Source: Callorhinchus milii
Lineage: Eukaryota
Assembly: GCF_018977255.1 (NCBI RefSeq)
Contig: NW_024704743.1
Coordinates: 35,838,001-35,902,000, forward strand
Direction of reading: 5' to 3'
DNA length: 64,000 bases
The position numbers were made by a program, and so were the translations under genes. This document shows, piece after piece, positions 1 through 64,000 of the stretch. The notes under the pieces were generated by a model. It ran no database searches, was not told the DNA's origin, and saw only the letters and a program-made list of their open reading frames with translations. Numbering within the stretch: position 1 is the first letter of the stretch; each line of letters begins with the position of its first letter.

Positions 1-1596
1 CTACAAATACAGTCACTGATTTGCAATAAATTCTGTGAAGGGTTTGAGATGTTTTGATAACATGAAGAGACAAATTTATAAATTAAGTGTGTATCAAACG
101 CAAGGATTATTTCCTGTTTGCAAATTGTACGATTTCAAGCCTGAGGGAGCAGGAAGGGAGCTGTTCAACCTTAGTCGGTGCATAATCTTTACGTTCTAGT
201 TGACTTTCAGCTGTGATTGAGCTTCCTTAACCAGCCCATTGCTAATATATTTGTCCACTCTGAAATATTGCCTGCTTATGCCCTTACTTCACCTCCATCA
301 CTGTTGAAACAACTCAAATCGCTTTGGGTAAAGACTTCTCTAATGCTGTTCCTTCCAGCCTCACAAACCTCCTAAGCTTCAATTCATCCAAACATCTTCT
401 CTCTCAGATTAGGCTGTGTACATCCAATACTCCCACTCTATCAAACTTCATTGACTCCCAATATCATAGTGGATTGACAGATTGTGATCCTTAACTTCAA
501 ATCCCTTCACAGTGTCACTCCTTGCTATCTATGCAATCTCATACAGCCCTAGTCTACCAATATCTACTCATCAATGCTTGCTCCTCATTCTTTCCATTGA
601 AGATGAACCTTCATTAGCTGCCCTGGAACTCTTCCAAAATCTCTGCCTCAATACCCCTTTCCTTTGTAGACATTTACAAACATGTCTCTTCAACCATGGC
701 TTTTAATCAACACCCTTTCATTTCTATCCTATCTGCTAAATGTTTGGAACAGAAGAAATGTACGCAAAAAGAAGAAAATGTATTCCAACACTCTTCTAGA
801 CTGAAATATGTTCCAGTTTAAACCAGTGTATGTTTTACCACTTTAGACAACTTAGCATTTAGTTATGCAATATTTGAGAAAAATTAAGTGAATAACTGAT
901 TTAAACAATTGGATAGAAGGCTACCCTCGCTTTAACAAGTAGAACTGGAAGTGCAAGTCAGTTAGTAGAAAATCATACAGGCAAGTTTCATGCGCCTGGA
1001 ACACAATACTCAGCCCAGCATTCAAAGGTTGCAGGATCACAAGCACTTCTGATAAACACAAAGATAATTGGTGGGCACTGATTTGAGTGCAAGCTCTAAT
1101 TAAGGTTATAATACTGAATTTGAGTATTCAAAAAATACCTATTGGTTGAGTGGTTTTAAACTAGCTTTATCTAGGTTTGCTCAGAGAGAAAGAAGGCAAA
1201 TCAAAAGGACCTTAAAGCTAAAATATCTTTAGTAGAATTTTAGAATACGGATGGCATATTGCATAATATTTTGCTCAGCTTCATTGCTGGTAATGCTACA
1301 AGAATACTGTAATAATTCTGGTATATGCAGACCACACCCTGGAGGCAACACCATCTTTATTTTTTTGATCTAACAGTCCACAAAGATAGAGACAAATGCA
1401 CACACTTAACCAGAAAGAATAAAACTAATAAATTAAGTGTGTACAAACTGTAGCAATCACAATGAACAAAATGACATGCTCTTCCACACACAAGATAAAA
1501 CTTGGATCCCAAGGTTTTGTGGCACATACTCATAACAGTATTCTAACTCCAATTGAGCCATTTTATTAAAATATAAACAGAAACATTTGATCTCAC

Positions 1597-15276
<13,680 letters not shown>

Positions 15277-15423
15277 GGCGGAGTCGGACGGGCTGTCAGG
15301 CGGAGGATGGCCGGGGATTGTCTCGGGGCTCCGGCGGCCGCTCTCCTCTTCTCCAATGGCGGTGATTTCAATCCGGGGATTTTTTTTTGCCTTCTCCCGG
15401 GGGGCGGGGGGGGGCGTCAGAGG

Positions 15424-15587
15424 CCGCGGCGCATGCTCAGTGCGGAGGGCCCCCCGCGGCGCATGCTCAGTGCGGAGGGCCCTCAGCGGCGCATGCTCAG
15501 TGCGGAGGGGCCCCCCGCGGCGCATGCTCAGTGCGGAGGGGCCCCCCGCGGCGCATGCTCAGTGCGGAGGGCCCCGCGGCGCGTGCG
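15424..15587. repeat. 30-31-bp tandem repeat, 5 copies plus a partial, NRF1-like core GCGCATGCTCAG
   Basis: Unit gcggcgcatgctcagtgcggagggccccc, cores at 15429, 15459, 15489, 15520 and 15551. Confidence 0.9.
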
Positions 15588-15826
15588 TTTTCATTGGTTT
15601 GGTTCTTGTTGTGTTTAAAGAAGAGTTGGTGCTGTGGTTCCGACTTCATCCCCGAGACCGTTAGTGACACAGAGAGAGAGAGAGGCGGAGCGCGTGTGAG
15701 TGAGTGAGTGTGAGAGGAAGACAACAACAGCACTGTGTTTGTGCAGCACCTTCACGTCGGGAGGACGTCCCAAAGGCGCTGCACAGACAGAGTTACGGCC
15801 CTCAAGAGGACTAGTTTGCAGCGCTG

Positions 15827-16178
15827 TGGGGGAGAGGCCGGGGGGGGGGGAGAGGCCTGGGGGGGGAGAGAGCGGGGGGGGGGAGAGGCCTGGGTGGGGG
15901 GGGAGAGGCCTGGGTGGGGGGGGAGAGGCCTGGGTGGGGGGGAGAGAGTGGGGGGGGAGAGCGGGGGGGGAGAGAGCGGGGGGGAGAGGCCGGGGGGGGA
16001 GAGGCCGTGGGGGGGGGAGAGAGTGGGGGGGAGAGAGCGGGGGGGGGGAGAGGCGGGGGGGGAGAGGCGGGGGGGGGAGAGGCCTGGGGGGGGGGGAGAG
16101 GCCGGGGGGGGGGGAGAGGCCGGGGGGGGGGGGGGGGAGAGGCCGGGGGGGGGGGGGGGGAGAGGGCGGGGTGGGGGG
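15827..16178 (+). repeat. G-rich low-complexity satellite (gggggagaggcc / gagagcggg units)
   Basis: Seen directly; reverse-complement counterpart of 18440-19149. Confidence 0.95.
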
Positions 16179-17169
16179 ACCTGGATCACACACAGGGTCT
16201 GGGAGGATGTCCCAAGCAAGCTCTATGATAACATTATAAATGAAGTAGGGTACAAAGGACGCCCATCAAGGACTACAGCAAACACCTCTGAAATCACCCC
16301 ACTCATCCTGAGGAAAGCTTTGTACAGCTATTCCTTGAACACCATTGGCGATCAAGCAAACACAAATTGTGGGCTCAAAGACAAAGTTGGGAATTTGAGC
16401 TAATTTTCGAAATTAACATTTCAATATAATGCTTGGAGAACCTGGAGGTGCTATCCTTTGGATCTGCTTGTCCAATTCAACTTTAAAGACCCCATGACAA
16501 ATTCAAAAGGAGAAAGGAGTTTCTCCCAGTATCCTGGCTAACAATCCTACAGATAAAATTTGTTATTCACTTCTTGGCTGTTGTTGGAACCTTGTTATGT
16601 ACAAACTGGCTGCCATATTCACCTACAAAGACACAATTACTACACTTTACAAAAAAATCCCTGCAAAGCTCCGAGACATTTTGATATTAAAGGCACTATA
16701 TCAAATGCAAGGATCATCATTATTAAATCATTCCATCAAGTATTTGTCATCTCAGGCTGCAACTATTGCATTCTCCATTGCTGTGCTGAATTAGATACTT
16801 AGTCAGTTTATTTTTTGAAGGAACTAATTAATACAGCCAGTCAACTGCTTTTGTTGGGAGTTCGTTCTACACAGCCAACTACCCTGTAGGGAACATAATT
16901 CTTCTGTTCCTGTTCAAGGCTTTTTAAATTTTGAGCAACGTCCTCTATTTCTGCTTGCATCTCCATCATCTATTACTCTCTTTTATAGATCTGGATCATT
17001 CCTCCCTCAACCTTCCTTTTTCTAATGAGAAAAAGTTCCACTCGGTGAGTTTCTTCTCAAGTGGAAATAAAGAATGAGCGAGAGTCAAAGAAATGAACTG
17101 CAGCCTTGCCAACAACAACAAAAACAACTCGCATTAATATGGCAGCTCTCACTCAGGGTAGCCCCTCAC

Positions 17170-17320
17170 CAGTGATATCAGTTTGATTGTCATCCGAATC
17201 CGAGTCAGCGGGATCAAACACCTGGATCCCCTGAGCCTGCAGTCTCTGAAGCTTGGCTTCCAACTCACGCTTTGCTCGCAGCAAGTCTTGAATCTCCTTT
17301 TCCTTTGTTTCTCTGAAAAT
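17170..17320 (-). CDS. NPHP3: NPHP3 exon 3, inverted relative to the rest of the gene
   Basis: 151 bp, [50 protein letters not shown]; ttcag|...|gtgagg; phase 1 end matches exon 4. Confidence 0.93.
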
Positions 17321-18414
17321 CTGAAATAAAACCACAATACACGTGGAGGGGAGGAGTGAAATAGAATTGTTATTATTTCTCAACAATTATATGTTCAATA
17401 TTCAGTTTAAGACGTTCACTTAATTTCGTTGAAATATTAAGTCTGAATATAATTTGTACAAGTCAGGCTTTTATACCAAACATAGCTAAGGTATGCTCTA
17501 AACCAGTGACTTTGATTCCACTGAATTTCAAATTCAAAAATAAATAAACAGTCTCTCAGTATCTCTTGTTCAGTGAGGGAGAAAAAAATATCCAGTGAAA
17601 AAGAAAAAGCCTCTTTCAACACTATCACACTACATTATCTACCAAGCCAGCAAAGGAGCAAAATATTTTTGATGGATGTAAAGACTTTCAAGAGAGCATA
17701 CATTAGGATTATCACAAGAAAAAAGGGGAAGTTAGAAGAGTTTGGTTTACAGATGGAATTGTTAAAATATGGAATGGTTTACTACAAATGACCGTTGAAG
17801 CCTAAGTCCTTGACAGCAGCTAAAATGGAATAGGATTAATATTTGAGGAATAGCAATATAAAAGAGTACAGGAAAGGGCAGGCAGTGGAATTGGAGCTGA
17901 AAGACTTCCTTCTGTCCTGTAAACATTGTGATTCTCTGAGCTTTAATCCAACCAACCCAAAGGCAATGTGGATCCAGAGATTGGAAAGAGATGAAAGGAA
18001 ATATATCAATTTAAGTCTTTAGTTGTCATCAAAAGCATCCAGGATACAAAAAGCATTTTCTACAGATGGTTCACTGAACTTCACACAATCACAAATTGGC
18101 TGCTATGTTTGCCTATAAATACTACCCTACACAGTAAATCCTATGAAGCTTTCAGAGAAGTTGATGACATATTGTCCTAAATCAAATGCAAGGATTATTA
18201 TTATTAATCACAAGACTTTGTCTCTGATGAGCTTTTGGGTCCAAGCCAACTCCTCGGAAATAGGCCATTAAGTATTCATGTTCCATAGATGACCCAACGC
18301 TTTACCCAAGAACAGATTTTTAAACACTCATAACAGCATAATTTACACAACACAGTGAAGAACTCAGCTCCATTATCCACATACTCTCGAACAGCTTTTC
18401 CTTTGATCGAAACA

Positions 18415-18439
18415 NNNNNNNNNNNNNNNNNNNNNNNNN
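18415..18439. other. Assembly gap (25 N)
   Basis: Run of N. Confidence 1.
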
Positions 18440-19149
18440 CGCTCTCTCCCCCCCCCGCCTCTCCCCCCCCCCCCGCTCTCTCCCCCCCACCCAGCCTCTC
18501 CCCCCCACCCAGGCCTCTCCCCCCCCCGGCCTCTCCCCCGCTCTCTCCCCCCCACTCTCTCCCCCCCCCCGGCCTCTCCCCCCCCCCAGGCCTCTCCCCC
18601 CCCCGGCTCTCTCCCCCCGCTCTCTCCCCCCCGCCTCTCCCCCCCGCTCTCCCCCCGGCTCTCCCCCCCGGCCTCTCCCCCCCCCCCCCGGCCTCTCCCC
18701 CCCCCGGCCTCTCCCCCCCCGGCCTCTCCCCCCCGGCCTCTCCCCCCCCGGCCTCTCTCCCCCCCCCCCCCCGGCCTCCCCCCCCCCCCGGCCTCTCCCC
18801 CCCCCCGGCCTCTCCCCCCCCCCCCGCCTCTCTCCCCCCCCGCCTCTCCCCCCCCCCGGCCTCTCCCCCCCCCCGGCCTCCCCCCCCGCCTCTCCCCCCC
18901 CCAGGCTCTCCCCCCCCCTCTCCCCCCCACCCTCTCTCCCCCCCCCCGGCCTCCCCCCCCCCCGGCCTCTCCCCCCCCCCGGCCTCTCCCCCCCCCCCGC
19001 TCTCCCCCCCCCGCCTCTCCCCCCCCCCGCCTCCCCCCCCCCCCCCGGCCTCTCCCCCCCCCCGGCCTCTCCCCCCCACCCAGGCCTCTCCCCCCCCGGC
19101 TCTCTCCCCCCCCCCCCGGCCTCTCCCCCCTCCGGCCCTCTCTCCCCCC
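18440..19149 (-). repeat. C-rich low-complexity satellite (ggcctctcccc / cgctctctccc units)
   Basis: Seen directly; same units as 15827-16178 in the opposite orientation. Confidence 0.95.
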
Positions 19150-19259
19150 AACGACTTGATAGTGATTTATTTTCCAACAGTGAGTCTGGCATTAGTGTGG
19201 TGTGGTGGGTTGGGTATTGGCAATCTGAGTGATAATTCTTTTGCTGTTTGTGCCTTCAG

Positions 19260-46190
<26,931 letters not shown>

Positions 46191-47982
46191 TAATTGGAAT
46201 TGGGACCTGGTGACTCAGTTACTTAGGTGTTATAAGTGAATGGTATGATACTGTTAACACCATGGATGCAAAACACATCAAGACGAGGAAAGGTACCAAA
46301 CAGATTGTGCCATTGCCTCGATGTATGCAACATGAAAGCCTAAGTTGTGTTGCTCACCCGGAATCTTGCAGGGAATTCTTAATACCTGCTATGCACCCAG
46401 TGAAGGCTAAAACCTATGATTGTCAGATGTCAAAAGACCAACTAGCGACTATCCTCCTTGGGGGGGAAAGGGGCAAGCAGGGTCTTCTTGGAGCTGAACT
46501 GAGTCAGAAGTGCTGTCCTTTAGATTAGATGTTAAAATGAGGTCCCGTCTGCCTGTTCAGGTGGATGTTAAAGATGCCATGGCACTATTCGAAAAGAGAA
46601 GTGAGTTTCTCCCAAGCTCCTGGCCAACAAATCCCCCAAATAAATTTGGTCAGTTACTTGGCTGTTTGTGGGACCTTACTCTGCCAATTGGTTGCTGTGT
46701 TTTGCCCACAAAATACAGTCAATTTACTTTACAGTATATCCTGTGACATACTTTGAGAACTCTCAAGGCTCTATATAAAATGCATGATTATTATTTTTAT
46801 TAATAATCTTGCAGGCCAAAGCCCCAATGGGTAGGTTGGTCCTAGTTGGACAAGCAGCGGTAAAGCTTGCCAGATTGCTAGGATTGGCAAGCTTTGCAAT
46901 TTTAGCTAGAATCCAGCAGGATCCCAACGCACACTTTGGGGTCCCCAAGCCTTGGCTTGCGAGTCTTCACCTAATACCTTCTGGAATTAGGTAAGCAGGA
47001 TGTGTCTTTTCAGGGAGAGAGTGGGCATTTTATTCCAATTAATATCTCTGGAATTTCCATGTATAGGTGGGATGCATGGCATTCCCTTTGGTTTGGATAT
47101 TCTTAAGCGAGGTTTCCAAATGTATCAGGCTGACCCCCAAAAAATGGAGAAAATTATTTCATTTGGTAACTAGACCAAAGTACCTGAGAAGTCTGAATCA
47201 GCACATAAAATGCTCTTCCAAAGGATGATTTTCACTACGGTACCAATATGCTGCTTGTAAATGGAAATGAACTGATACAAACAATACTCATGTGCAATTT
47301 TTGAAGTTTATATTGCCTATAACTCATTCCTGATTTGACATATTAATGCTTCATTATATTCTCGTATTAACATATCTGATTGAATTAAGTCAACAAAACC
47401 AATACTTTTAAAGGTCTGTATCATTTAAGACAGGCAACACTGCCCAAGAATTATTTATAACGGACTCATTTATGACCGCAAACATTTTTTTACAGATTAA
47501 TTTAATGTTACATAATGCTGTTAGAACATATTCTAAACATTGTGGGAGATGTTAGTTTCAACAATTGTTTTAAATAGCTTTGAGAATTGAAGGGCTACTG
47601 AGCACCCCCACATGCAGTGCTGGAAGTCTTGACTCTAGTACATGGCTGTACGAAAGACTGAGATGAAAATGTCACATATTTTTCTAATGAATACTGCAAT
47701 ACTCTTGGTTGTGACCCAAACACTTTCAATGAGTTGCACACTCTTCCCTTCATTGACAAAGCTGAGAGGTTACAAAGGAACCAAAATGGGAGATTATGCA
47801 TTCATTGAGAAATAATAAGTGTAACCTGCATTTGTATTGTTTTTAACATTTTATATAAAGCATGGATAGGCCTAGCATGCCTGATGGTTTTGCTATGCTA
47901 TTGTCAGACATATTTTTGTAGTGATCGTCTCAATAAGGTCCAATTCAATTGATGTGCAAAGCACAACTGAATTTTTTTATGA

Positions 47983-47988
47983 AATAAA
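47983..47988 (+). terminator. Candidate NPHP3 polyadenylation signal
   Basis: AATAAA about 1.8 kb after the stop, followed by GT-rich sequence. Confidence 0.5.
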
Positions 47989-48280
47989 AATATTGAAAAT
48001 GTGTCCATGTATGTCTGGAATAATTAGGTTTGTGGTGAGTGAGTCTTTGTAGCTATTAAAACGTACATTTTCTTGTACTAAGGTGTGTGCACTATTCACC
48101 AGCATCCCCTAGGATTTACAAGTCCTGTTTCTAGCTTACTAAATATCTAGCTTCTGATAATGTGACCTCTCAGGCCTGTGAGTCCTTTAGCGCAACTAAC
48201 AAAGATTCCAGCTCTACTTTCAATCTCTTATGGAAGAGTCAATATTAAAGCTGAAAGATTTTTCCAGTCACATCAAAATG

Positions 48281-48286
48281 TTTATT
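48281..48286 (-). terminator. Candidate UBA5 polyadenylation signal
   Basis: AATAAA on minus about 520 bp after the stop; another at 48602-48607. Confidence 0.5.
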
Positions 48287-48808
48287 TGCAGAACACAGAA
48301 ATTAAACTATCAGATAACACCCAGACCCTAATAAACTGAGAATAGGAAAATGTTCCAGGTAACTGGTCTCTACCTGGATTTAAAAAAAAGATTGGGTTTC
48401 GGTGTTCCTTTCTCCTTTTATCCCCCACAAAATAGAGTAGACACATTATTCAATTTAGTTCGAGAAATAGACTTAAAAACACCCAAAATTACATGACTAT
48501 TAGACATTCATCAGAATTCATTATACAACTTATTTGACCATAGTACAGCACTGAGAAATTTGGAAAGTTCATTTTTAAGCAACCCTTGGGCCCATCTGAT
48601 ATTTATTCAACTAGCTTTCAAGCATTTAAACATTAGCAGCTCACAATGTTATTTAAACGAGTCATTGCTTCATATCACACAGAATACTTAAATTACATTT
48701 ATCATGATTAACACTTACAGAGGTATCAGAGTACTGTATAAGGCTTTTATGTTGCTAGGTCCAACCAGTTGGGTTATATTAGTAAACTTCATTGTGAAGA
48801 CAAAACCA

Positions 48809-62621
<13,813 letters not shown>

Positions 62622-62899
62622 GGCTGCCGGGGGCCGGGGGGGCCGGGGGGGGGGGGGGGGGGGGGGAAGCGGCCGCTGTGCCCTCACGTCTCAAATCCAC
62701 GTCTGCAACAGCCCCGCGTGTCACACCATCAGCCGTCCCCCCGTCCGTCCGTCCCCTCTAACCCAACCCCGACAAACAGCAACCCGGCACCGGGGTTCCG
62801 CCCCTCTCTCTCTCTCTCCCTTCCCCTTCCCCCTCCCACAGCACTGAGTGCAGTAAAACAGGAGTATAATCCAGATCTCCCTCTCTCTCTCTCCTCCCT

Positions 62900-63300
62900 C
62901 TCTATGGCGCCTTTCACACTGGGAGGTCGCTGGATGGTCAAGTGTCAGCTCCCGAACTGGGGGTTGGGAGCCCAGGGGTGGGGTGGGGAGGGTGTGAGGG
63001 GTGAGGGGGAAGATGGCAGAAAGCGCGATCAAAGAGGAAGGTTTTCAGATGGACCTTGAAGGAGGGGAGGTGGGGGGTGGGGGGGGTGTTGGAGGGAGAG
63101 AGGGAGGGAGGGAGGGAGCGGGTTGAAGGGTGGCCCTGGATGGACCTCCATTACGGGGGCAGATACCCTGAAAGCCTGACCACCGCTGATGCGGCGGGTG
63201 GGGTTGGGGGGGGGGGCGGCGGACGGGACATGAAGCAGAGGTGGCTCCCGACGAGTGGAGGGAGCGGGCGGGCGGGCGGGCGAGTTGGGAGGGTGAAAAG
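62900..63300 (-). mobile_element. Degenerate L2 3' end upstream of UBA5
   Basis: GGQAFRVSAP remnant and tail ...cctcccagtgtgaaaggcgccat on minus. Confidence 0.6.
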
Positions 63301-64000
63301 TTATGTAATGAAAGACGATGGAATAGAATGATACAGAACACAAGGCGATTTTAAGAGAGCCTGAAGGTTAAAGCTGGTCCAGCAATTACGCTTCCAATTC
63401 ATAAGAGTCTATAAAACGATACGGATACCGTACTCACAGTCGCTAAACTTTTGTTGTGTAAAATTACAAATTCGAAATAAATATTATAGCATTTATAATA
63501 ATGGCATTCTCTCCATCTGCGACCAGGACTCTCTCTGCCCCTCCTTTGACACTATCAACCACTCTATTCTCTTCCCCCTCTTTTTCTGCATTGTTTTTTT
63601 TCAGTGCCGGTAAATGCCAGTAATTATTATGGCATCGTAATTATTGCATGCTCCCTTTACAGTATGATTTGTTTATTCAAATTGGCTGCTGCGTTTCGCC
63701 CTCAAAATACACAGTCAATTCATTTTACAGTATATTCTGCGAAGCGCTTTGAGACGTATGAATCACGTGATAAGGCGCTATATCAAATACAAGGATTATT
63801 ATTATCCAACCTAATGTTACTTTTGCAACTATTTACATACGGTTATAGAGTAACAACAACTGCTTGCATTTCTATAGCGCCCTACACTCGGGGAAACATC
63901 TCGGGAGCGCTTGAATATGGCACGGAAACAGACCATTTGGCTTGACCAGTCTGTTGGTGTTTATACTCCACACCAACACCCCCATCCCTTATACCCCCTC

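Noticed and set aside
62700..64000. ACAD11 first exon (head-to-head with UBA5 in human)
   Set aside because: No recognisable coding sequence; only L2 and SINE remnants

Overview
Vertebrate genomic DNA. The repeat landscape (L2/CR1 LINEs, tRNA-headed and Deu-domain SINEs) and compact introns suggest a cartilaginous fish, possibly a holocephalan; this is inference. I reconstructed three spliced genes by hand. SSR1/TRAP-alpha (minus) has its ATG at 15276, eight exons plus a 15-nt MQSRR microexon, and its last exon lies off the left edge. NPHP3 (plus) has exons 4-27 at 19260-46190. UBA5 (minus) has 12 exons at 48809-62621 and lies tail-to-tail with NPHP3. The main anomaly is that NPHP3 exon 3 is intact but on the opposite strand (17170-17320), between two oppositely oriented copies of one G/C-rich satellite and next to a 25-N gap, while exons 1-2 are absent. 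This is either an assembly flip or a real repeat-mediated inversion. Other observations: a triplicated start-codon unit in UBA5, an NRF1-like VNTR in the SSR1 promoter, a GC-AG intron, an exact 71-bp exon copy in an intron, a 127-bp inverted duplication inside a SINE, an unclassified repeat family with a MITE-like derivative, and two 1-nt homopolymer frameshifts that are probably sequencing errors. No CRISPR array or prokaryotic system is present. Exon coordinates come from splice sites and reading phase; repeat boundaries are approximate.
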